From NCBI GenBank assembly GCA_036172245.1, contig JAYWIR010000038.1:992001-1056000 (forward strand): a DNA stretch of 64,000 nucleotides. Direction: 5' to 3'. This document shows, piece by piece, positions 11,787-23,299 of the stretch. Positions within the stretch are counted from its first letter, which is position 1; each line of letters opens with the position of its first letter. Origin of the DNA: Raillietiella orientalis (Eukaryota). Under the pieces are notes generated by a model. The model was given only the letters and a program-made list of their open reading frames with translations, was not told where the DNA came from and did no database searches. A program made the translations under genes and the position numbers.

Positions 11787-12465
11787 ACAGTGGCGCTCTC
11801 CCTCTGAAGTGACAGGAGGTGGCGTTGCTGGTGCTGCATTGGGGAAGCCCATGCAAAGCACGTCTCCATCACTGGACACGGGGTAGTGTGGATGCCCGTT
11901 GCGAAAGGTGCGGCGATGTGGCAAGAAAGAGACTTCGCTGCACCTTCTGCTGGACTGTGCTGCCCTCCGACCCCTCTGGGATTATCTGTCGAAGATCTTA
12001 GATATTCCCGAAGGCGGTCCAGGGACATTTTGGGGAGCCTCTTCGTTCGTCCCGATCTGCCGTCAGCCGCGTCTGGAAGTTCCCTGCTGCATCCGCGAAA
12101 TCGTGGCGGCCTGGAACGAGAGAAGACGAAACCAGAATGGTAGGAACGCCATCCACTGGACGCGGGTCTTTCTAAAAAACGCATCAAGATGCCCCACCTG
12201 GGAAATAAAAGACCATAACTTGTCAGCATCCTAGAAAGGGTGCTGACAAGTTATAGTCTCCCCAACAAATACCTTCCTCTCTTATTTTTCCCTTTTTGTT
12301 TCCCTTTTTTGTCTTCCGTCTCCCTTCGCGGCGATAACGGACCTCGCCGGTCTACTGACCGGTGACCGGCAAGTTGGACTGACGTGGTGAACCAATCGGT
12401 TAACCACTGGATAACTCGTTTTGTACTTTTATTATCTTCATAATAAATGCCCATCCGGGTAATAA
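11787..12465 (+). mobile_element. 3' fragment of a diverged non-LTR copy
   Basis: LLVLHWGSPCKARLHHWTRGSVDARCERCG, HLLLDCAALRPLW, T-rich UTR, hairpins, and the end taataaatgcccatccgggtaa. Confidence 0.85.
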
Positions 12466-12879
12466 ACCTCTTGATCTGCAGCAGAGGAGTGGTTTGGTGA
12501 TCTTGGCTTGGGACGAAAATCGAAATCACAGGGGACCTCTGGGTGCCTTTAAGACCGAAGTCTGGTCCATAGGCTGCCTGCTGCACGAGAAGGCAGCGCA
12601 GACATCTCTCTTCGTGAGGACATCGGGCCGCCGGTTGACGAAGAGGTCGGCCCGCTACCCTCCGCTGCCCATCCGACGCCTCCTCTTGGAGAAAGGGAAA
12701 TGGCTCCGGCGGTGCCGTATCCCCCACGACAGAGCAAGGCCGAACGTCTTCGGTCTGAGCGCACTGGTGGAGGCGGTCCTGGCGCGGCCCAAGGGACGCC
12801 TCCTACTTCTCCAGAGCCGCACGTCGTGACCCGCTTCTTTCCTCCCGGCCCTGACGCGGAGGGTAAACGGAGGGGGTAG

Positions 12880-14100
12880 CAAATGGTCTGCTTCCGGGAC
12901 AGGAAGCGGGGATTCGGCTTCCCCCTTGGACGACCGACCCTCCCCTCCGGAAGCTCATAGATCTTTTGCCGCCCAATTGGAATCGAATGCCTGGCAGCAG
13001 GAGGCGGTTGTGTCCCGGGCTGGAAAACGGATGCGCCCAGCGGACCTTCGTCGCCTGCGACTCTCCCTTGACCATCCTTTGGTAGAGGTATTGAAGGAGT
13101 GGAAGACTCTGATAGCCGCACCTCTTGCCGCAGCACTGCCCGCTCTAAGGTCAATTGACGGCAGCAGCCTACCAGCGAGGTGGGAGTTCTCCTACTCCAT
13201 TGCATGAGTGACCAAACCCCTAAGCGGCTGGACAACAGGCGAGCTGGAGGACGGCGCCACTCCTCGACAATGACAAAGAGAGACTACGTCGGTGATCCGA
13301 ACCGGTCAGTGCGTCTCCCGGAGAACTCGTGGTCCTTCCCTTGTGTTGGAACACTGCAGCGTTTCCTTTGACCTGGGGCCGGGGCTGTACTGCTGTTTTT
13401 TCTCTAAGGGTTTCCGGTGCAATCAGCGTTGGCATCTCGTTTCCCGGGGGAGCCACATTCCCGAGCTATGCACCAGGGACGGGTCGGCGGAGTTGAACTC
13501 GTGCCTGCTATTGGACTGCGGTGACCTCCGCGAACTGTGGTGGAGGCCGGCTTTGGCACTCTGGTGCCATGGGGACACCGCCCACGACCTGCCTAGGCGG
13601 TCTCGTGCCCGACGGACTCTCGGCGGGTTCAGGCATCACACGACGATGAGTCGCGTCTGCGCCATCGTCACGGTCCGCCATGCGTCTGAGACGCAGATGC
13701 TGCGAAGGGGAAGTCGCCATGATAGCAGCCGAGCTACATGACGACCTGGAGCAAGAAGTGAAAGCGGAGGTCGCCGGCGTGCAGAGCCGGTTCTGAAAAG
13801 AAGAGACGGCCGACAGCGGCACCCTTCGTCCCCACCCACCCCTCATTCATTTAGTTACTTGCTTTTTGTCCCTTCCCACCTGTTCAGGACTTTTCCCAGT
13901 TTTTTTCTTTTCTAAAAGGAGCAGGACTAACCGAAGACCCATGTCCCCACACTCCCCATTCTGTTATTTATTTGTTTTCCCCTCTCTTCCGTTCCCGACT
14001 TGTCTCGACCTGCTTGTCGGTGGGCCCTCTCCTTGAACTTCCTTTGCCTTCGGTTGGGGACCAGCGTGCTCCCAAATGGTTTGTTTGTTTGTTTTTTCAT
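12880..14100 (+). mobile_element. Degenerate C-terminal/3' UTR fragment of the non-LTR family
   Basis: PLAAALPALRSIDGSSLPARWE..GWTTGEL matches PLADALSALRASDDSCLPARCE..GWRTCEL. Also LLLDCGDLRELW, and a UTR-like hairpin cgac-ctgctt-gtcg at 14006-14019. Confidence 0.7.
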
Positions 14101-15719
14101 TAGGTGGACCAGCGCGAAATTTCCATAAGGGCGGGCAGGTGGTCCTCATGTGCTGTTTCCCCCCTGTAGCAGCAACAACCGCGTTCCACATCACATCTTG
14201 AAGCTGTTTTTTTTTTTTTTTTTTTTTTTTTACCACTGCACGAGATCTGCTCCGTCGCATCCACCCACCTCAGGAATCGTGTGCTGCGTGCCTGTTTTGG
14301 AGCAACACGTAAATGGTACATGCATTCATCATGAGTAGGAGGAGAAAGTTCGAGAAACTGCCATCTGCTTCGTACACATCGGGGTGTGCTTTTGAAACAT
14401 TCTCCAGTTTGTGTTCCAGGGATGCCAGTTTCGGTGCTCTTCGTATGCAAACGGAACGCGAATGCCATGTGTCACACCCTGTAATGCAGGAGGTTTGGAT
14501 GGAAAAGAGAATTTTGTTGTTGTTGTTGTTTCTCGACCGTCAAAAATTCGAACAGCGGACGGAGCAGAGGCTGCCATGGTGATGCTCAGAGTTCATATCG
14601 GAGATTCCATGGTCGGAGCGCGTCCAATCCGGAAGCAACGCGTGCTTCCCATATCGGATTCACTGCTGTGGTCGTCCGTAGCAAATGCTGGCCGTGTGTG
14701 AAGTCATTTTGGTCTCTTAGACTCGCCTGTGACTTGTGGAAGAGGCCGGCCAATGGCTTTCCATTGGGCAATGATTTAAGAAATCGTTTGCGCTGGTGAG
14801 CGTCTTGAGGTACGCCTCTTGAGGTATGCAAAAAATAAATAAATAAAACTCTTTGTAAGGCAGGACCGAAGTAGTCCAAGGGGGGGGGGAGATGGTAGAC
14901 AGTAGAAGGACACGCGTCAGGGAAGAGGATTTCGATGTTTTGGAGTTGTCCAATCAGGAAGCTTGGTCGGTGACCAGAGAGGAACTCTTGAGGGTCGTTG
15001 TTTCGACCGCTTGAGATTGAGTTGTCTTGACCTTCGATTTTGTCTCGACGTCTACGCTGAGTGTGAGGAGGACTTCTCGTGGGAAGAACGGTCATGAGAA
15101 AGAATACGGGCAAAACCGCACGCAAATCGGTCCTTTCTCTGGCTTGAGGTGACACGAGCTGTACCATTGGATGTACCTGAAAGTGCATCTGGGCAAGGAG
15201 ATGCCATCTTGCTGAGCCCGGGGACCGCGCTTGATGTCGATGGTTACGCGAATTCACGTCGAGTGGGAACGTGGCATCACTGGTAATTTTTGCCAAGGAG
15301 TAGGTGGTAGGTCTCTTCTGAACCAGAGTGGAACCGGATGGAGGCGGGTCAGGAAGCTCGGATGCCTGCGAGTTCGGCAAGATGGCACATTGCGGTGCAT
15401 CTGGAGAAGATCCCGCCAAGTTCGCTTTCCTCCTCATCAGTCGGTAGAGAAATGAAGACGATCTCTTGAGGCGAATATGGGGTTAGTGAAATAAATAGTT
15501 GTTCGGAGCTATTACTTGTATAGCGCCCGATGGTATGGTTACATACCAGGGCGAGGTTGATCTCACAGATGGTTATGCACACGAAATGCAGTCGCTAAGG
15601 TATTTCCGGGGACAGAGCTTTGATTAATGAGTAGGAAACTGGAAGGTGAAAGAATGAGATGGCAACCATGCCAAAAGTGGGGTTTGGTTCAAAATCCCGA
15701 ACGATCTTCGAAATGAATA

Positions 15720-16570
15720 CGTGCGTTTATTATACATGTATAGAGATCTATATATATACTGTAAATGTTATAAAACATATATATTAATATACGTTTGACA
15801 TATAATAAATATATATTCAATGGATATGTAAATGTCGAATTTTTAAAAAGTGCTGGCAATTAAAAGTAATGATAAGGAAAAGAAGACAAATTAACAAAAA
15901 CACCAGAGAAATTTTGTATTTCATGTTCCTATAGATAAATTTTGTATTTTTTGTATTTCATTTGTCCAGCAATTGAGAAATGGCACTCCCTTAGGAAATG
16001 ATGGATTCTGTTTTCGGGATTTTGATCAGAAGATAAATACATCATGTGCTTATAACCCGATGTGTATATATTCATTTCGATGTGTATATTTATTAAATGC
16101 ATCAATATACATATATATATATAAAATGTATAGTAAGCATTTATAATTATTTTTTATTGTCTTTGATATGTACATTAATAATATATGTCAATAGGCAATA
16201 CTAATTATATTAATAAATATGCATGTTAAAATAAATGTGTATATTACTATATATAAAAAATATACATCAGTGTGCATAATAGATGTATATATATATATTT
16301 ATAATCTTTAATATGTGTATTAATAATAAACACATGAATTATATTAATAATATTCATGTTAATAAATACATGTGTTAAATATTACTATTAATTATGTGCA
16401 TATTAATAAATATGCACGCTAAAAATTAATATCGACCATTTATAAATATATATATTAACATGCATAATGAACACATGCATTTATTTTAATGAACTTTAGA
16501 ATATATGTTAGTCTGCACATACGTAAATGTGCATACGAATGTATGTAATGAGCGTGTGTATTTATTTTGA
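15720..16570. repeat. AT-rich low-complexity tract (TA/TATG-rich)
   Basis: Near-pure A/T with degenerate atatat/atgcat units. No ORFs. Confidence 0.8.
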
Positions 16571-16899
16571 ATGACCCTCAGGGATTTCGGAGTTCGGGTT
16601 TTGGTCGGTTTCTTGACCAGTTCCTTGCAGACCCTGAACGGGTGGTTCTGAAGGTTAAACCCACCCTCTTTTGGTGGTGCTGCGCCTCCCGGGTGCAGTG
16701 GGAGGCGAAAGAATGAATCTTCGTGGAATATGACCTTTCAGGGAAAAAATGCAATCTTCAAGCTGCAAGAAACGCGGTCGCAGGGGCGGCTGCCTGATTT
16801 TCGTGGGAAGTTCAAATCGGAGTATGGAGAGGCTCCTGCTGTAGAAGTTGAAGGAGGCACCTGGGAAGTTTCCTTAGTCGAAGCGGAGCAGTCCGTCAG

Positions 16900-17110
16900 A
16901 CTGAATATCCGAGGTGGTTCCAGTTTCTACTACTTCCGGCCAGTTTGGTGCCCGCGTCGGAGGTTTTGTGGTTAAGGCTTCAGCGCGTGGCACATGCGTC
17001 GCGGGTGCGGATACTCCGTCAGCAACTGACGCCACTGCGTCGTTGGAGTACGATGGCGCTGGTTGGCTGAGACATTCGGGCGTGGCACCGGTGATGGTTT
17101 AAGACGGAGG
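16900..17110. repeat. Dispersed repeat family B fragment, inverted relative to 380-545
   Basis: Both copies give VGGFVVKASARGT on opposite strands. Nucleotide alignment is evident by eye. Confidence 0.75.
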
Positions 17111-17929
17111 CCCCCGATGAAGGCCGGAACAAAAAAAGTGGTTTCCATCTTCAAGTGGTAAGGGCGCATGCAAGAGTCGAGCAGCTGGAATGGCTTCTCG
17201 GTCGAGGGATGCGTTGATGACGATACAAGGATTGCTTGAGGTGCTAATGGTGCTGTTGGGGATGAAGCACGTAGCGACGGCTAAGCAGATTTGATTTGGA
17301 TGCGAAGAGCCAAACGAGATGGGCATAGGCATGGTGGAGTTTGAGGTTATTTAGCACAAGGTATTATGAGAAAATGCATGGAAACAAGCTGGGCTGTAAA
17401 GTAGGCCCGGTAGCTATGCTGGAGGTGAATGCAGAGCTGCAGGCGAGGTTTTCTAGGAGCTACATAGGTGCTCTTATTTGCCTGTCATTCGAGAGGTAGG
17501 ATAAGTATGGGTTTACCGATGTGAGGACACTGAGCGACAGAAAGTACGAGCTCTCTGCGGCAGAGCCTTCTGTGGCTCATTTGGTTTCATCGCATCTGTG
17601 GAGAGATTACGTGAGGTGAATGAAAGTGAATGGAGAGAACCCGGGGAAAGGTGGGTTGCTATTCTGTGGGATGGAGGTAGGAGTCAGCGACAAAGTTACA
17701 GTTCTGTGTAGAGTCGTGCATTCGCGTCACGGCTGGTTTGTAGAGGGGGGGAAAACTACTCCATTACCATGGGGCATTCGGATGGCGTGTGATTTGTTTT
17801 TGTTTGGATCTTTGCATTTTCTGATGGATGTGATTTCGTTTTCTTGATGATATGCAGCGGTGGTGGAAGGTTTGTCATCGGTTAGCGCATCTCTTTTTGC
17901 GTAAAGTTAACGCTGTGGGGTGCACCTCC

Positions 17930-18705
17930 AAGAGCAGACGTCCTTTCACGATCGGTGAGACAATCACCGTGATCGGAAAGCTTAGACACTTCTCGCTCGG
18001 ATAGACACTCCCTCCCATTGAAGTGGCAGGAGTCTGCGTGGATACTGCTGCACTGGGGTTTCCCATCCAACGCCCACCAGCATCATTGGACACGGATGTG
18101 TGTCTATCCGGACTGTGCCAAGTGCAGAGAGCGAAAATCGCTCCCGCACCTGCTTGTGGGTTGTGTTGCCCTCCGGCTCCTCTAGGAACGCCTCGCCATG
18201 ACACCAGGAACCCCCGCAGCAACTTCAGTGACGCTTTAAGGCTCCCCCTCCTATGAGAGACCCTTCGGTCAGCAGCCTCGCTCGCAACTCTCTGCAGCCT
18301 ACGTGGGATCGTCGCTGCCTGGAGCAACGCAAGAGGGGAACCGAACGACAGGGGTGCCACATCCACTTTGCCATCCGCTTCATGAGGATGGCAACAAGAT
18401 GCCCCACTAAAGAACGGTATACAGCAAGAGCTTGCCGGCATTCCCGAAAGGACGCAGAGGACCATCCCCAGCAAGACATGACCCCGTCCCGCACCCCCCC
18501 AAAGTTTGTTTATTTTCAGCTTTATTTCCTAACCCTTTTGTTTGTCTCCTACCCTCGGCTGTCTTGGCAGACCTCACCGGTCTGCGTACCGGTTACCAGG
18601 CAGCCTCCCATTGGAATGCACGTGGTTGGACCGGCGGTCCAACCACAGGGATTGTGAAAGTTTATTTTTTATGAAAGAAACGCTTCGGCGCACCCGGGTG
18701 ATAAC
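17930..18705 (+). mobile_element. Internally deleted non-LTR copy
   Basis: The pre-RT segment PFTIGETITVIGKL (17941-17982) abuts the C-terminal segment LPLKWQESAWILLHWG. Full 3' UTR hairpins and the end cggcgcacccgggtgataa are present. Confidence 0.8.
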
Positions 18706-19729
18706 GCAGGAGAACACATGGGATCGTTTTTTTTGTGTGGTAATGAATATGTATGCTAAAATAAATTTGCATATTAATCTCCATATAACTGTGTATATTA
18801 ATATACCTAATGTATATACATTAGATATATTAATTTTTCAAAGCTTTAAAAAATTTATTGATCTATATATAAATTTATATATTAATGTGTGTGTGATAAA
18901 CGTATGTGTTTTTGAGATCGTTGTGACGAACTGGATCCTTATTATCGTCGAGTAACGTAATTAATGCTTCGAGTAGTTGCAGGTGAGTGGCGATTTCTGG
19001 TGGCTCCGGGAAATCGTCGGCTCGTCTCGAGTGGCAGCGCTCGCCCTCGGTGCATTTGGAGGGGGGGGGATTCTGGTAAACCTTGCTGGAAAGTTCTCTG
19101 GCAGCAGATTGGGTGGCGATGGGAGTTGCGGAGTGGAAAGGAGGGGCAAGTGGGAGGGGATGGATGGTTCTTTCATATCATGAGATCCTGTTTTTTATGG
19201 AACGCATTTTGTTCAGCTGATGGTCCGTGAGTGTGTGGGCGTCAGAAGGATGAAGAAGCGATGTTCGGCGTTCCTTGCGATGTCTTGATTCTTGGTTACC
19301 GTGAAGACGGCTGTGGTAAGGACGAGGATTCCTCACCTCGTTCGAATTAGTGGCTAGGGGTCATCTAAGCACTTGCTGTCGTTTCATTGTCTTCGCCGTT
19401 CTGAGTGCATCGGAACGGTCCCTTTTCTGAGGGACCGCATCGGGAGCACTCCGTGTGTAGGTGGTTGGCAAGGCCCCTCAGGGTCTTCCGGGATAAAAAA
19501 GACCAGACAAGGACAGTGGGAAAAGATGCGAACTCCTGATAAAGAGGGAGAGAGATGAAAACAGATTGTCTGCTTTAAACTTCACCAGGCCGACTCGTGC
19601 TGCGTGGACGACTGTGGGGAAGCCCTTAGCTACCTTGCTCTCTGGAGAATCTGATGGCCATCCGAGAACCAGAGAACATAATGAAAATCCTTTTGGATTC
19701 TCCCGTTTTCGCTGCTTTCCTTTCACCTT

Positions 19730-20290
19730 TTTCCTTTTCTTTTCTTCCGGGTTCTCTGCTTTTTTTTGGTCCTCAAGGTGTGCTGAAGAACCGTCCGTCT
19801 CCTCAGGGAGAGCGCACGAAGCTCTTCTTTAACATTGTCCACGCCAACCGAGGGTGCGTGTTAACTCTTCAATTTGTAGGGGGTGACCCTGGAGGGACCA
19901 CTCTGTGAATTCAGGAAGGAATTCAGAGGAAGAAGTCCTTCCTCTTTCGTGCTTGAGAGGGGAACCCCGAAGGGAACCTCTTCTTCCTTATGCTCTCCAG
20001 AGAGACGCCCGGCGTAGGGCCGCTCCTCATTTTTCCTCCAGAGCTACCCTGCAAGGGAACCGCTCTTCGTTTCCCTCTCTGAAATCAACTCCGAAGGGAG
20101 GCTTCCCAATTCCTCTGGAGTCTCCCGGAAGGGAGCAGCGCTCTTCTCAACACTCTAGAGAGGTGGCTCCCAGAGGGGGTGTGAACCAGTTCCATGGTAC
20201 GCGATGGTACGGATCTCTCTTCGCCACCGAAAGGGAACCCCGAAGGATTCCTCGATTCCTGGAACGACCCTGGAGGGTACAATTCCAGTC
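19730..20290. repeat. Dispersed repeat family B copy
   Basis: Aligns inverted with 34010-34530 over ~500 nt (e.g. gaagggagcagcgctcttctc.acactct.gagagg, ggtacgcgat.gtacgg). Confidence 0.8.
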
Positions 20291-21150
20291 CTGGTCAGTC
20301 AACGGGACATCCGGTGGTTTAAGGATTCCGCAGTTCGGGCTTACACTCCCCCGGGTACAGTCAGGTCGGCGGGCGTTGCACGGGAGGCTCCAGTACAATA
20401 GCAGGGCTGCCGACTCCTGCCACTTTAGGGGAAGGGTAGCACTATTGCAACATGCTGGGGGTCACTTCATCTCCTCCGGAGGAATTTGAAGCAGTTCTTC
20501 CCAGCGTAGCAGTCCTTTGGGTGAGACACTCAGGGTCGCGGCGTCCGCCAGACCCCGAGTTGCCCACTCTCTCAGGTGTATTTTCGTGTTTCGTATTACG
20601 CAGGTCACTTCCCACCTCGTTGGCAGCTGGCGGTCTATCGCTTTCCTTAGGGAGGGCAGCGCTGAGGCGACTGGGGTGAATTGAGCCCACAGCAGATTCC
20701 TGGTGTTCCCAGGATCTCCCTCAGCGGCTGGCGGACGTATCTGCTGTTCCGTAGGCAGATGCACTCTGCTTCGTCCGTATCGTTGATTCTTTCCCATGAG
20801 AAAACAGGATTCCTGCAACCAGGCTGTCCAGTTAGCGGGGAGGATGGAGATCTAGCAGATCTGCACAAAGGCAACCATGTGTCGGAGCTGGGGGGCCAAA
20901 ATGGCCCAGACTTCACTCCGTGGCCAAGACGACCGAGATCAGTCCTTCGCAGCCGGTTGCCTGTTTGGCGAGGATTCTTGCGAGAGGGCACCAGGGTGTC
21001 GTCCAGAGCTTGGATGCGAGGGCGAGTGTGTGGAATCGGAGCTGTCGCTCCATTCGCTCCAGCGTAAGGAGGTCCAGTCCACCATACCTACGCGGAGCAC
21101 AGACGTCTTTTAAACGGACTCTGTACTCCGCGAAGGTGAAGAAACGATCA
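20290..21150 (-). mobile_element. Non-LTR ORF2 C-terminal fragment
   Basis: RVRLKDVCAPRRYGGLDLLTLERMERQLRFHTLALASKLWTTPW, LADAAT, WSLPCNARR. Confidence 0.85.
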
Positions 21151-23299
21151 TCCGTCCCTGCGGATGGTCGTTTTTTCACCCACCGTCAGCTGTCCCTTGC
21201 CGATGACTGCCTTCGTCCCTTATAGGTTGCCCAGAGATCCAACTCTGATCCGTGGGGGCCAAGACCGGCCTGCCCGGAGCTTGGCCCGCGCTTTCCCGAT
21301 TTTCCCGTGGGAGAAAGGAGGAACGCTTGACTTCCGCAGTCTTTTTCCCTTCGAAGAGCTCTCGTTCACCGGGAAGAACCCCCAAGGATCCCGAGGGTGG
21401 GTATTTCCTTTCGGGAAGGGCAGGCAGGGAGAACGATCGACCGGCTCCTGCTGCTTCTCGGAGGGTAAAGGAGGGGTTGACGCACTCCTTTCCGCTCGAG
21501 GGTGCGACCTTCCCCGGCGGGCAGCTGCCTCCGAGTCTGCCGGGTCAGCCGCTTGAGCGGGTATCGCCGCGTTTCCATCCGGATCCTTCCGCAAGAAAGA
21601 GAGGGGTGGTCTCACATCTGAACGAGGGTCAACTCCGGAACGAAGACAACATCCTTCTCTCCCATGGGTCTGCTCGTGTTCCCCCGAGGCGCCTCTCGTC
21701 ACGCAAGGGTTTGGGCGCTACCGGCCTCGCCGCAGCTCAGGGGATTGATAAGGGAGGGCAAATGGGGGAAGGAGGGGGCCGTCGTCTCCTCGTCCTCGCA
21801 CGGCTCCGGGTGGAGCCGTCCTGCCGCACGCCGCGGCTTACGGACAACTGCCCGGCCCCTCGCGTGATGACGTCACGCGAGGAGCTTCAGCACGGCAAGG
21901 AAGAGCGCGCCGCCGTTCGCCCGCTGGACGTGGGTGGAAGGGCATAGGGGAGGAGAGCGAACCAAGAGTGCTTCGGGTTCAGCGGACCCTCCCTGGACAC
22001 TGTCCCTCTCGTCTTCGCCTCGGAAGAGGTGCTCCCGCAGTCCACCGGGAGCGAAAAACACGCGAGGCGCTCGGTTTCTCGGAACGTCATTGCCCCCGGA
22101 CCTGGCGGGAAATCCTTGCAGGCAATGAACGCTCTCCTACGAGCGTATGTGCGACAGCAGGTGCGTGTGTTTAAGCTCCTATACTCCAGGCTGCTAATAT
22201 ATATATTTTTTTCCTTCTGCTTGAGCGTGAGCACGCGTTCGCGCATGTGATCACTTGGAACAAGCGCACACCTCTGCGCAAACAGGGGAAATTCCCCGCA
22301 GGCACCAAACGCCCACCTGCGCGGAGCGTGGCCGTGTTCTTTCGAGTGCCCAATGGGTGTGCACTCACCGCTCACGCGCTCTTTCATGCAGGAGCGATGA
22401 GCCCAGTGCCGAACGGTAGCGGGGGGAGGATGCAAAAAGGGGGGTAGGGAGGAGGAGCGAGGCCGAAGAGATGCTCTCCTGGAAGCTGCCCCTCAGTCCC
22501 CTCCGGGCAGGAGGAGAAGGAGGACGCACGTGCAAAGCCTTCGAAGCGTGGGCGGCCTGTGCGCGTGCGCGCAGGTCGAGAGCCGGAGGAGCGGACGGCA
22601 ACAAGACGGGTCCGTCCGCGGCTTCGCGCACCTCCCCCGTGGCTTCCCTTCCTCTCCCCTAGCCGGCGGATCGCCGCTCTCCACGGGGAGGGATGGGCCA
22701 CCCCTGTAGACGGGGGGTCGGCTTCCCGGTGAATAGGGTGAGGAAGGCAAACACCGGCCCTCGTATCTTGCAGCCGAACGGGAGTGGGAAGGGCCGCCGG
22801 TGGACAGCCCTCGCGCGGCGGGCCAGCAACCGGTACGCACGCTGCCGGGGGGGCTCTTCAGACCGAGGTTCGTCCGCGCGTCGACGACGCCCCTTGACGC
22901 AGTGGAGGCTGCCGTCGCTCCTGCTGCTGCTGCGGGTGCTGTATACCGCCGCCGCTCCAGAATGCGGTGGTCTCTCTCGAGGGAAGAGCTCGTGGCGCCG
23001 TTCTCGAGGCATGCAGGTCAACCGATTCTTCGCCGCTAGCCTTGTCTCCCGATATTCCAAGCGTTTCCCCGTCTCCTGCCCGCTCCCTACTCGTGCGGAT
23101 CCCACCTGATGCTTTTTTACGAGTTGCTCTCAAGGAATTGCGTAGGCGCGGGCGCGCGTGACTGCTCCCAGCGCGCTTGTGAGGAAGGAAAAAGGGAGAC
23201 GGGGACGCAGGGGGAGGAGGGTTCCCACCTCCTGCTGCCTTCCTCTCTTCTCTTTTCTTTTTTTGAGCGTTCCTCAGCGTTCCGGGTGCCTTCGCCAGA

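Noticed and set aside
11761..12465. Telomeric HeT-A/TART-like head-to-tail array
   Set aside because: Copies are interspersed with other DNA, occur in both orientations, two have TSDs, and no telomeric repeats are seen.
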